A stretch of 36,691 nucleotides of DNA. Source: an uncultured Erythrobacter sp. (GTDB lineage: Bacteria; Pseudomonadota; Alphaproteobacteria; Sphingomonadales; Sphingomonadaceae). Made by a program: the position numbers and the translations under genes. Below, piece after piece: positions 10,621-19,442 of this stretch (position 1 is the first letter of the stretch; each line of letters begins with the position of its first letter). Below the pieces are notes generated by a model. That model saw nothing but the letters and a program-made list of their open reading frames with translations, had not been told where the DNA came from and made no database searches. Where the stretch lies: NCBI GenBank assembly GCA_947258465.1, contig CAMYIQ010000006.1, forward strand, positions 1-36,691, read 5' to 3'.

Positions 10621-11517
10621 ATGAGCCGCGTTTCAAAACACACCATTCGTATAGCGGCCATTGCCGCTAGTCTGGCTGCACTTGGTGCGTGTGCCACACC
10701 GCCTCCGCCGCCTCCGCCGCCACCTCCCCCGCCCGTGCAGGCGGTTCCGGTTCGCCCGTTGCCACCGGGCCAGGCATCCTATGCCATGGCCATTCCGCCC
10801 GTGAATTCCATGGGGATGCGCGAAACCGTCAATCTCGGGATTTCCGACGACGAAAAGGTCTGGCATTTCCGTTCTGCGTGGAACGTCGCCGCGCTTAATT
10901 GCCTCGATGCGCGGTATCAGCCGATACTCGATGCCTATAGCAGCTACATCAAGGATTACGCGCGGCCGCTGAAGCGCGTCAACGACCGTATCGACGCCGA
11001 CTATCGCCGCGAATATCGTGCCAGGCGGGCAGCCATTCGGGCGCGCGAGAGTCAGATGACGATGGTTTACAACTATTTCGCACTGCCTCCGGCGCGGTCC
11101 GATTTCTGCCGCACGGCCTTGGGCATTTCGCAGCAATATCTCGCTTCCGATCAGGTCGATCCGGAAGCCTTCGCGCTGGCGAATTTCACGGCTTTCGAAG
11201 GCCCGTTCGAGCGTTTCTTCAAGGCTTACGAAGAATATGAGCGCGAATCCGCCGCCTGGGACGCTCGTTATGGCGAGCGCTACGGCGCTTCTCAGCCGGG
11301 CTATGTCGCCGTGCGCAACGCCCGCCGGGACCGGCTGCCGCAGCCCGGTCAGGATCCGAAACTGCTGACCGCTCAGCCGTTGCAGGAAAGCACCGTGGTC
11401 GATCCCGAAAGCGGGGCGTCGATCCCGGTCGTTCCGGTCGATGAGACTCGTGCCTCGGTCCCCGTCGTGCAGCCGATCCCCAACGATGCGGGAGCCGACG
11501 ATACACCGCAGGCGTAA
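10621..11517 (+). CDS. Hypothetical lipoprotein with 12-proline tether
   Basis: GAGGAG RBS, signal peptide with lipobox LGAC, Pro12 run, helical domain with [14 protein letters not shown]. Confidence 0.8.
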   Translation: MSRVSKHTIRIAAIAASLAALGACATPPPPPPPPPPPPVQAVPVRPLPPGQASYAMAIPPVNSMGMRETVNLGISDDEKVWHFRSAWNVAALNCLDARYQPILDAYSSYIKDYARPLKRVNDRIDADYRREYRARRAAIRARESQMTMVYNYFALPPARSDFCRTALGISQQYLASDQVDPEAFALANFTAFEGPFERFFKAYEEYERESAAWDARYGERYGASQPGYVAVRNARRDRLPQPGQDPKLLTAQPLQESTVVDPESGASIPVVPVDETRASVPVVQPIPNDAGADDTPQA

Positions 11518-11602
11518 CCGATAGAGGCTTTTCAGGCGCGCCGCCTTTCGCTAGACGGCGCGCCGCGCATCGCCCAAGCTTGCGATGCGGGAAACCTGGA
11601 AC

Positions 11603-11678
<76 letters not shown>

Positions 11679-11700
11679 GGAACTTCTCTGCAAATGATGT

Positions 11701-12576
11701 TTAGCGGGCGCCGAAAGTCCACCCTTCGATGCGTGCGATCGACGCGGTCATTCCATCGGGCGACCAGCGAGCGGGATCGTCGGCAACGGCGCGCAGCCAG
11801 GCGGCGGTCAACAGAGCGTCGGTCGAATGGTCGTCGATGGCGCCCTCTGCGTTTACACGGTCGGAGCCAAGCTTCTCCAGCGCCTCGTTGAGCGCTTCGA
11901 AGCTACGCATTTTGGCTTTCCCTGCACTTCGCCCGGCTTCCAGGGCGGCAAGGCTGGTGTAAATCTCAACCAGGACCGAGCCTGACCGGGGCAGGGTATC
12001 GATCGGCCATACCGGCACGTGCCCGCGCAAATGGTGGAGCATCCGCATGCCCGTGAGGCTCGATTTGCCGACCTGCGCCGCGCCAACCAGATTGAAGTTC
12101 GAATAGGGCTTGCAGCCCATGGCGGCCTGGGCGTGCTCGGTCACGCGGAAGCGGCCGCGCCCGTGCTCTGCCCCGTCGCAGCCGAAATAGGACCCGGTCT
12201 TGCTGCCATTGCGGAAGTAAGGGGCGAAATCGGGATGATCGACGAAGGCTTGCGCGCCAAGATTGGGGTCGCTCGTGCAGATATCGTCGATCAGCGCCCA
12301 CAGCGCGGGTGCGTCGGGCAGGAGCACGTCCTGCCGGGGAAAATAGGCGCCGCAATCGGCAAAGGGCAATGCGATACCAAGGTCGAGCCCGACCAGCGTG
12401 TCGCCGGGCAGGTCCTCGCGCAGCAGCGCCAGCACATCCTCGCGCGACCAGCCTCGCCCCGGATCGACCAGCACTGGCGGCCCGCCATCGGCATGGGCGA
12501 TTGCCAGCGCGATTCCCTTTTGCACCGGCCCCTTCGCGCCCGACCAATCGATCGCAAGAAAGTGGCGGAACCTCAC
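11701..12576 (-). CDS. Hypothetical protein, DUF429-like (putative RNase H-fold nuclease)
   Basis: GTG start overlaps the rarA stop (GTGA). Motifs [26 protein letters not shown] and DDHSTDAL resemble DUF429-type acidic motifs (recalled, not searched). Confidence 0.6.
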   Translation of the reverse strand: MRFRHFLAIDWSGAKGPVQKGIALAIAHADGGPPVLVDPGRGWSREDVLALLREDLPGDTLVGLDLGIALPFADCGAYFPRQDVLLPDAPALWALIDDICTSDPNLGAQAFVDHPDFAPYFRNGSKTGSYFGCDGAEHGRGRFRVTEHAQAAMGCKPYSNFNLVGAAQVGKSSLTGMRMLHHLRGHVPVWPIDTLPRSGSVLVEIYTSLAALEAGRSAGKAKMRSFEALNEALEKLGSDRVNAEGAIDDHSTDALLTAAWLRAVADDPARWSPDGMTASIARIEGWTFGAR

Positions 12577-13889
12577 TCGCGCTCGCGCCGCAGCTTGTCC
12601 CAATAGTCGAGCCGTTTCTTAACCTCGCGCTCGAAGCCGCGCTCGACCGGCTCGTAATAGCGTTGCGGCTCCAGCTCGTCGGGCCAGTAATTGTCGCCCG
12701 AAAAGCCGCCTTCCGCGTCGTGATCGTAGCTGTAGCCCGAACCATAGCCGATATCCTTCATCAGCTTGGTCGGCGCGTTGAGGATGTTCTGCGGCGGCAT
12801 CAGGCTGCCGGTTTCCTTCGCCGATTTGAACGAAGCTTTCTGCGCCTTGTAGACCGCATTCGATTTGGGCGCGGTGGCGAGATAGGTGCAGGCCTGGACC
12901 AGCGCGAGCTCGCCTTCGGGGCTGCCGAGGAATTCGTAGGCGTCCTTGGCTGCCATGCATTGGACCAGCGCCTGCGGGTCCGCCATGCCGATATCTTCCA
13001 CCGCCATGCGCACGAGGCGGCGGGCAAGGAAGCGCGGCTCCTCGCCGGCAGTGAGCATCCGGGCGAGGTAATAGAGGCTCGCCTGAACGTCGCTTCCTCG
13101 TACCGCTTTGTGGAGCGCGGAAATCAGGTTGTAGTGCCCCTCGCGGTCCTTGTCGTAAACCGCCACACGGCGTTGCAGGAACTTGCCCAGCTCCGCCGCA
13201 TCGAGCGGCTCTTCGATCTTCGCATTATAGAGCGTTTCGGCCTGGTTGAGCAGGAAGCGCCCGTCGCCATCCGCGCTTCCCACCAGCGCATCGCGCGCCT
13301 CGGGCGCAAGGGGAAGGGGGCCTTCGAGCTTCTCTGCCCGGTCGAGCAACTGGCCCAGCGCATCATGGTCGAGCCGCTGGAGGATCAGTACCTGCGCACG
13401 GCTGAGCAGCGCGGCATTGAGCGCGAAGCTGGGGTTTTCGGTCGTCGCGCCGATCAGCGTCACTGTGCCGCGCTCGACGAAGGGCAGGAAACCGTCCTGC
13501 TGCGCGCGGTTGAAGCGGTGGATTTCGTCCACGAACAGCAGCGTACGCTGGCCCGCTTCGGCCGCCTTGTCGGCGGCGGCGAAAGCTTTCTTGAGGTCGG
13601 CGACGCCGCTGAACACAGCGCTGACGCTTTCGAAGCGCATGCCCACGCTGTCGGCCAGCAGGCGCGCGATGGTGGTCTTCCCGGTGCCGGGCGGCCCCCA
13701 CAGGATCATGCTGGAAAGGCGGCCCGCCGCCACCATCCGCCCGATCGCGCCCTCCGGCTCGGTCAGATGATCCTGCCCGATCACCTCGCCGAGATTTGCG
13801 GGGCGCAGCCGGTCGGCCAACGGCGCATCCTCGCGCGGGGTGTCGGGAGCTTGTGCCTGGGGCAGGTCGTCGGGAAACAAATCGGCCAT
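12573..13889 (-). CDS. rarA: Replication-associated recombination protein A (MgsA/RarA AAA+ ATPase)
   Basis: APLADRLRP, WGPPGTGKTT, FVDEIHRFNRAQQD, GATTENPSF, ISALHKAVRGSD, PKSNAVY. Confidence 0.96.
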   Translation of the reverse strand: MADLFPDDLPQAQAPDTPREDAPLADRLRPANLGEVIGQDHLTEPEGAIGRMVAAGRLSSMILWGPPGTGKTTIARLLADSVGMRFESVSAVFSGVADLKKAFAAADKAAEAGQRTLLFVDEIHRFNRAQQDGFLPFVERGTVTLIGATTENPSFALNAALLSRAQVLILQRLDHDALGQLLDRAEKLEGPLPLAPEARDALVGSADGDGRFLLNQAETLYNAKIEEPLDAAELGKFLQRRVAVYDKDREGHYNLISALHKAVRGSDVQASLYYLARMLTAGEEPRFLARRLVRMAVEDIGMADPQALVQCMAAKDAYEFLGSPEGELALVQACTYLATAPKSNAVYKAQKASFKSAKETGSLMPPQNILNAPTKLMKDIGYGSGYSYDHDAEGGFSGDNYWPDELEPQRYYEPVERGFEREVKKRLDYWDKLRRERE

Positions 13890-13949
13890 TGGTCGGCTGA
13901 CATAGGGCCTTCGCAGAGGATTTGCAGGGGCCTCTTGCACATCGCGGAT

Positions 13950-13963
13950 TACGATATATCTTA
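13950..13963. promoter_or_regulatory. Putative PadR/YqjI-type operator overlapping the padR promoter
   Basis: Near-palindrome TACGATATATCTTA with core GATATATC, overlapping TTGCAC(13935)-N16-TATCTT(13957). Confidence 0.5.
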
Positions 13964-13986
13964 GAGCTATCGAAGATAACTCAAGG

Positions 13987-14622
13987 ATGCGTAACATGCA
14001 CAAGGCTCACAAATGGCGGAAAATGCGCCGAATGGGTGGCTGGCCGTTTATGGCGGCCATGATGGCAGAGGCCGAATGCCGCGACGGAATGGGCGCATCG
14101 GCGAAATTCGGTGGCCCCGGCTGGACTTTCGATTTCGGCCCGCGCGGTGGCGGACGGCGTCGGCGCCGCATGTTCGGCTCGGGCGAGTTGCGGCTGGTGC
14201 TGCTCAAGCTCGTCGCCGACGAACCGCGCCACGGATACGAACTGATCAAGGCGATCGAGGAGCTGACCGGGGGCGCTTATGCACCGAGCCCCGGCACGAT
14301 CTATCCCACGCTCTCGCTGCTCGAGGACGAAGGCGCGATCGTGCAGGCTGCGGGTGACGAGACCCGCAAGGCCTATGAAGCGACCGAAGCCGGCAAGACC
14401 GAACTGGCGGAACGGACCGACGAGGTCGAGGCCATATTCGAGCGGCTTTCGGGCCATGGCGAACATCGCCGCGCCTTTGCCACACCGGAAATGTTCCGCG
14501 CGGCGGGCAATCTTGCCAGCGTGCTCAAGAACAAAGCGCGATCGGGTCGGCTCGACGAAAAGACGGTGCAGGAAATCGTCAATCTGGTCGACGAACTGGC
14601 GAAGAAGATCGAGCGGCTCTGA
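13987..14622 (+). CDS. PadR-family transcriptional regulator (YqjI-like)
   Basis: RRMFGSGELRLVLLKL..EPRHGYELIKAIEELTGGAYAPSPGTIYPTLSLLED and C-terminal DELAKKIERL. The start could be 13996. Confidence 0.9.
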   Translation: MRNMHKAHKWRKMRRMGGWPFMAAMMAEAECRDGMGASAKFGGPGWTFDFGPRGGGRRRRRMFGSGELRLVLLKLVADEPRHGYELIKAIEELTGGAYAPSPGTIYPTLSLLEDEGAIVQAAGDETRKAYEATEAGKTELAERTDEVEAIFERLSGHGEHRRAFATPEMFRAAGNLASVLKNKARSGRLDEKTVQEIVNLVDELAKKIERL

Positions 14623-14696
14623 GCGCGTCCTATTGGCTATCGGCGGGCAGAAGTGCTATTTCTACCCGCCGGGTGGCCGATGGGGAGATATCCAAC

Positions 14697-15149
14697 ATGA
14701 ATACTGTCGCAAAGACGCCGTGGCACTTATGGGCAGTAGGGTTCGTGACGCTGCTGTGGAACGGGTTCGGTGCCTACGACTATCTTATGTCGAAGGCCGA
14801 GAACCGCGACTATCTCGAAGGCATGATGGAGCCGACGGGCGTGACGGTCGATGCCGCCATCGCCTATATGGACGCCATGCCCCTATGGGCGAATATTGCC
14901 TGGGGCTTGGGCGTATGGGCCGCCGTCGCCGGTTCGCTTCTCCTGCTCCTGCGCAGCCGCTTCGCCCTACATGCCTTCGTTTTGTCGCTGGTGGGGCTGG
15001 TGTTCGGCATGATCCATCAATGGACCAACCCGATGCCGGGGATGACCGATTCGACGACGCCGATCATCTTCACCTTCGTAATCTTTGCGATCACGATCTT
15101 TCTCGTGTGGTATGCGCGCAGGATGATGACGGCCGGCGTTCTGCGCTGA
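14697..15149 (+). CDS. Hypothetical 4-TM membrane protein
   Basis: GGGGAG RBS, KTPWHLWAVG..LLWNGFGAYDY, four hydrophobic segments. Confidence 0.8.
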   Translation: MNTVAKTPWHLWAVGFVTLLWNGFGAYDYLMSKAENRDYLEGMMEPTGVTVDAAIAYMDAMPLWANIAWGLGVWAAVAGSLLLLLRSRFALHAFVLSLVGLVFGMIHQWTNPMPGMTDSTTPIIFTFVIFAITIFLVWYARRMMTAGVLR

Positions 15150-15153
15150 TCGC

Positions 15154-16326
15154 CTAGCTTGCGGCTGCGCGCTCTTCGTGCAGTCGCAGATAGGTTTCGA
15201 CCACCGCCTGATTGATTGCGTCCCACGAATAGGCGCGTGCCGCTTCCTCTCCATTCGCGCCGTGCTGCAGCCGTAGCGCATCGTCGGTGCAATAGGGGGC
15301 AAGCGCTTCGGCGCAGGCAGGGGCGAAGATATCGGGTTTGCCCGGTGGGACCAGCCGCCCGGTCTCGCCATCGGCAACCAGGCTTGCCGCACCCGTGGCG
15401 CCAGCGGCCACCACGGGCAGTCCGCAGGCCATCGCCTCCAGCGTAACGTTGCCGAAGGTCTCGGTAATCGACGGGTTGAAGAAGATGTCGCCGCTGGCGA
15501 GCGCCATGCCGAGGTCCTTGCCGGTCTTGAACCCGGCAAAGATACCGCCGGGCAGTGCCTTTTCGAACCATCCGCGCGCCGGGCCGTCGCCGATCACCAG
15601 AACCTTGTGCGGCACCTGACGCCTGCGCAGTTGAACGATGGTCTCGGCAAAGACGTCGAGGCCCTTTTCCATCACCAGTCGCCCGAGAAAAACGATCGCG
15701 ACATCGTCATCGGCAAGGCCCTGCGCGCGCCGCCATTCGAGATCGCGCTTCGACGGGTCGAACACGGCCCGATCGACGCCGCGCGACCAGATGCTGATAT
15801 CATCATGCATCTGCTGCGCCTTCAATTCGGCGATCTGGCTTTGCGACGGTGCGACCAGCGCATCGCAGCGGCCATAGAAACGGCGCAGGATCGCCTCGAC
15901 CGCGGGTTCGAGAAAGCCGAGGCCGTAATATCGCGGATAGGTTTCGAAGCGCGTATGAACCGAAGCGAGGACGGGAATATCGCGCTGGCGTGCCCATTTC
16001 AGCGCCCCATGCGCCACCGGGTCCGGCGATGCGAGGTGCAGCATGTTCGGCGCGTACTTCGCCAGATCATCGCGCACGCGATCGTCGATCCACAGCGGCA
16101 GGCGATATTCGCCCCGTCCTTTGACCGGCATGCGGACATTGGGAACATCGACCAGATCGCCGGTTGCGGGAAAATCGGGTTCCGCCACCACCGGCGAATA
16201 CACGCGCAGCGCGGCCCCCTGCCTGAGCAGATAGTCGGCCAGCCGGTTCAAGGCCTGATTCGCGCCGTCCCGGGTGTAATTGTAGTTTCCGCTGAACAAA
16301 GCGATGCGAAGGTCGGTAACATTCAT
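15154..16326 (-). CDS. GT4-family (GT-B) glycosyltransferase
   Basis: FLGRLVMEKGL and FFNPSITETFGNVTLEAMACGLPVV (EX7E motif). Confidence 0.92.
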   Translation of the reverse strand: MNVTDLRIALFSGNYNYTRDGANQALNRLADYLLRQGAALRVYSPVVAEPDFPATGDLVDVPNVRMPVKGRGEYRLPLWIDDRVRDDLAKYAPNMLHLASPDPVAHGALKWARQRDIPVLASVHTRFETYPRYYGLGFLEPAVEAILRRFYGRCDALVAPSQSQIAELKAQQMHDDISIWSRGVDRAVFDPSKRDLEWRRAQGLADDDVAIVFLGRLVMEKGLDVFAETIVQLRRRQVPHKVLVIGDGPARGWFEKALPGGIFAGFKTGKDLGMALASGDIFFNPSITETFGNVTLEAMACGLPVVAAGATGAASLVADGETGRLVPPGKPDIFAPACAEALAPYCTDDALRLQHGANGEEAARAYSWDAINQAVVETYLRLHEERAAAS

Positions 16327-16443
16327 CGCGGCCCTTTACGGAACTGACGGCCGTTTGGCGAGGGGGAGCCGGTCGTGTGCGTGCCGCGTTTCGTCGCTGC
16401 ATAACTATTTCGCATTGACTTGTTGCGGCGCAACATTAGTGCG

Positions 16444-16498
16444 GTCGGCGGGCCACGCGGTCCCAACGCCGCGCGAGCTCTCTGTAAGGAGAGAATAC
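16444..16498 (+). ncRNA. Putative serC leader cis-regulatory RNA
   Basis: Stem CGCGG(16456-60)/CCGCG(16469-73) plus a final hairpin CTCTCT-GTAA-GGAGAG (16478-16493) that covers the serC RBS. This matches the described architecture of the alphaproteobacterial serC leader. Confidence 0.55.
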
Positions 16499-17656
16499 AT
16501 GACTGCCGAACCGACGCTCAAACCCGAGCGCCCTTATTTTTCGTCCGGACCGACCGCCAAACACAAGGGCTGGTCTGCCGCCAATCTCAAAACCGAATCG
16601 CTCGGACGCTCGCATCGCAGCGCGCTCGGCAAGTCGCGGCTGAAATATGCCATCGACCTGTCGAAGGAAATGCTCGGCGTGCCCGAGGACTATCTGGTCG
16701 GCATCATGCCCGCATCGGACACGGGCGCGCTCGAATGCGCGATGTGGAACATGCTCGGCGCGGATCGCCCGGCGACCGTCGCGGCATGGGAAAGCTTCGG
16801 CAATGTCTGGATCCAGGATGCGGTGAAGCAGCTCAAGCTGCCCAAGCTCACCACGCTCGACGCCGAATATGGGGAGATCCCCGATCTGGCGAGCATTCCG
16901 CAGGACAATGACGTCGTCTTCACCTGGAACGGGACCACTTCGGGCGCGAAGATCCCGAACACCGACTGGCTCGCCCCGGGCCGTGAAGGCGTGACGATCA
17001 ACGATGCCACCAGCGCAGTCTTCGCGATGGAGATGGACTGGGCCAAGCTCGATGCCACGACCTATAGCTGGCAGAAGGTGATGGGCAGCGAAGCGCAGCA
17101 CGGCATGCTGATCCTCAGCCCGAAGGCGGTGCAGCGGATCGAGGAATACGATCCCGAATGGCCGCTGCCCAAGCTTTTCCGCCTCAAGAAGGGTGGCAAG
17201 ATCAATCGCGCCATTTTCGAAGGCGCGACGATCAACACGCCGTCCATGCTGGCTACCGAGGATTATATCGACGCGCTCGAATGGGCGCAGGCGATGGGCG
17301 GGCGCAAGGCGATGTTCGAACGCGCCGATGCCAATGCGAAGATCGTGCTCGACTGGATCGAGGCAACCCCGTGGTTGCGCAACATGGTCTCCGACCCGGC
17401 AAAGCGCACCAATACCGGCATCTGCATGGTCTTTCAGGGCGAGTGGTACGACAATCTTCCCGACGACGAGAAGGCGGCCGTGCCGAAAAAAATCGTCAAG
17501 CTGCTGGAAGAGCGGGACGTCGGCTACGACTTCAACGGCTATCGCGACGCTCCGCCGTCCTTGCGCATCTGGTGCGGCGGCACGGTCGAGCAGGAAGATT
17601 TGAAGCGCCTTCTGCCGTGGATCGAGTGGGCCTACGAGCAGGTGAAGGCTGGATAA
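16499..17656 (+). CDS. serC: Phosphoserine aminotransferase (alphaproteobacterial/Methanosarcina type)
   Basis: PYFSSGP, FTWNGTTSG, DATSAVF, YSWQKVMGSEAQHG (PLP lysine), YRDAPPSLRIWCG; upstream of serA. Confidence 0.95.
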   Translation: MTAEPTLKPERPYFSSGPTAKHKGWSAANLKTESLGRSHRSALGKSRLKYAIDLSKEMLGVPEDYLVGIMPASDTGALECAMWNMLGADRPATVAAWESFGNVWIQDAVKQLKLPKLTTLDAEYGEIPDLASIPQDNDVVFTWNGTTSGAKIPNTDWLAPGREGVTINDATSAVFAMEMDWAKLDATTYSWQKVMGSEAQHGMLILSPKAVQRIEEYDPEWPLPKLFRLKKGGKINRAIFEGATINTPSMLATEDYIDALEWAQAMGGRKAMFERADANAKIVLDWIEATPWLRNMVSDPAKRTNTGICMVFQGEWYDNLPDDEKAAVPKKIVKLLEERDVGYDFNGYRDAPPSLRIWCGGTVEQEDLKRLLPWIEWAYEQVKAG

Positions 17657-17660
17657 TCGG

Positions 17661-17742
17661 CGTCGTCCCAGCGAAAGCTGGGACCGCTATCCGCTTTTTC
17701 CCGACATTACTGATGCCGATCCCAGCTTTCACTGGGATGACG
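17661..17742. repeat. REP/MITE-like double-hairpin palindromic element, copy 1
   Basis: CGTCGTCCCAGC-GAAA-GCTGGGAC ... GATCCCAGCTTTCACTGGGATGACG; the termini are mutually complementary. Confidence 0.8.
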
Positions 17743-17753
17743 AGAGAAAAATC

Positions 17754-19337
17754 ATGACCAAACCCAAAGTCCTCATTTCGGACAAGATGGACCCGAACGC
17801 CGCGCGCATTTTCGAAGAGCGCGGCTGCGACGTCGACGTAAAGCCGGGCATGACGCCCGATGAACTCAAGGCCGTGATCGGCCAGTATGACGGCCTCGCC
17901 ATTCGCAGCGCGACCAAGGTCACGCCCGAAATTCTCGATGCCGCCGAAAACCTCAAGGTGATCGGCCGCGCCGGTATCGGCGTCGACAATGTCGATATCC
18001 CCTATGCCAGCGGCAAGGGCGTCGTCGTGATGAACACGCCCTTCGGCAATTCGATCACCACTGCCGAACACGCCATCGCGCTGATCATGGCACTCGCCCG
18101 CCAAATCCCCGCGGCGGACGCGCGCACGCAGAAAGGCGAATGGCCCAAGAGCGACTTCATGGGCGTCGAAGTCACCGGCAAGACGCTCGGCCTGATCGGC
18201 GCGGGCAATATCGGCAGCATCGTCGCCAGCCGCGCGCAGGGCCTGCGCATGAAGGTCATCGCCTACGATCCGTTCCTGACCGAGGACCGGGGGGTCGAAC
18301 TCGGCATCGAGAAGGTCGATCTCGACACGCTGCTCGGCCGCGCCGATTTCATCACGCTACACACGCCGCTGACCGACGAGACGCGCAATATTCTCTCCAA
18401 GGAAAACCTCGCCAAGACCAAGCCGGGCGTGCGAATCGTCAATTGCGCGCGCGGTGGGTTGATCGACGAGGAAGCATTGAAGGACATGCTCGAAAGCGGC
18501 CATGTCGCGGGCGCTGCGCTCGACGTGTTCGCGACCGAGCCGGCCAAGGAAAGCCCGCTATTCGGTACGCCGGGTTTCATCTCGACCCCGCACCTCGGCG
18601 CCAGCACCACCGAGGCGCAGGTCAATGTCGCGCTGCAGGTGGCCGAACAGATGGCCGATTACCTCGTCAATGGCGGCGTCACCAACGCGCTCAACATGCC
18701 CAGCCTGAGCGCCGAGGAAGCGCCCAAGCTGCGGCCCTATATGAAGCTGGCCGAAAACCTCGGCAGCCTCGTCGGGCAATTGGCGCATGGCAATCTCACC
18801 AAGATCTCGATCGAGCGTGAGGGTGCCGCTGCCGACCTGTCCGGCAAGCCGATCGAGGGCGCAGTGCTGGCCGGCCTGATGCGCCAGTATTCGGACACGG
18901 TGAACATGGTCAATGCGCCCTATCTCGCCAAGGAGCGGGGCCTCGATATCCGTTCGGTCCGGCACGAGAAGGAAGGCGCCTACAACACGCTGATCCGCGT
19001 GACCGTGGGGACCGATGCGGGCGACCGCTCGGTGGCGGGCACGCTGTTCGGCAGTGACGCGCCGCGTCTTGTGCAAATGTTCGGCGTCGGCATCGAGGCC
19101 GAGCTGTCGGGCAACATGCTCTACATCGTCAACGAGGACGCGCCGGGCTTCATCGGCCGCATCGGTACGCTGCTTGGCCAAAACGGCATCAATATCGGCA
19201 CGTTCCACCTCGGACGGCGTCAGGCGGGCGGCGAAGCGGTGCTGCTCTTGAGCGTCGATGCGCCGATTCCGCAAGAAGTCGTCGAGCAGGCCTGCGCGCT
19301 CGAGGGGGTCAAGGTCGTGATGCCTCTGGCATTCTGA
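17754..19337 (+). CDS. serA: D-3-phosphoglycerate dehydrogenase
   Basis: IGRAGIGVDNVD, GLIGAGNIG, NCARGGLIDE, TPHLGASTTEAQ, C-terminal ACT domain. Confidence 0.97.
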   Translation: MTKPKVLISDKMDPNAARIFEERGCDVDVKPGMTPDELKAVIGQYDGLAIRSATKVTPEILDAAENLKVIGRAGIGVDNVDIPYASGKGVVVMNTPFGNSITTAEHAIALIMALARQIPAADARTQKGEWPKSDFMGVEVTGKTLGLIGAGNIGSIVASRAQGLRMKVIAYDPFLTEDRGVELGIEKVDLDTLLGRADFITLHTPLTDETRNILSKENLAKTKPGVRIVNCARGGLIDEEALKDMLESGHVAGAALDVFATEPAKESPLFGTPGFISTPHLGASTTEAQVNVALQVAEQMADYLVNGGVTNALNMPSLSAEEAPKLRPYMKLAENLGSLVGQLAHGNLTKISIEREGAAADLSGKPIEGAVLAGLMRQYSDTVNMVNAPYLAKERGLDIRSVRHEKEGAYNTLIRVTVGTDAGDRSVAGTLFGSDAPRLVQMFGVGIEAELSGNMLYIVNEDAPGFIGRIGTLLGQNGINIGTFHLGRRQAGGEAVLLLSVDAPIPQEVVEQACALEGVKVVMPLAF

Positions 19338-19350
19338 CGATCCCCCTGAT

Positions 19351-19431
19351 CGTCATCCCGGGCTTGACCCGGGATCGCTCTTGGCTAGGCGCATGGACGA
19401 AAGCGATCCCGGCTCGCGGGCCGGGATGACG
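19351..19431. repeat. REP/MITE-like double-hairpin palindromic element, copy 2
   Basis: CGTCATCCCGGG-CTTGA-CCCGGGATCGCT ... AGCGATCCCGGC-TCGCGG-GCCGGGATGACG. Confidence 0.8.
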
Positions 19432-19442
19432 AATGAGGAAAC

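Noticed and set aside
11535-11588. Two GC-rich hairpins upstream of tRNA-Ala as a separate sRNA
   Set aside because: They overlap the probable tRNA promoter and leader, have no U-tract or recognisable motif, and are plausible by chance at this GC content.
17661-19431. Palindromic repeats as a CRISPR array or intact IS
   Set aside because: Isolated single intergenic copies with no repeat-spacer periodicity, cas genes or transposase ORF.
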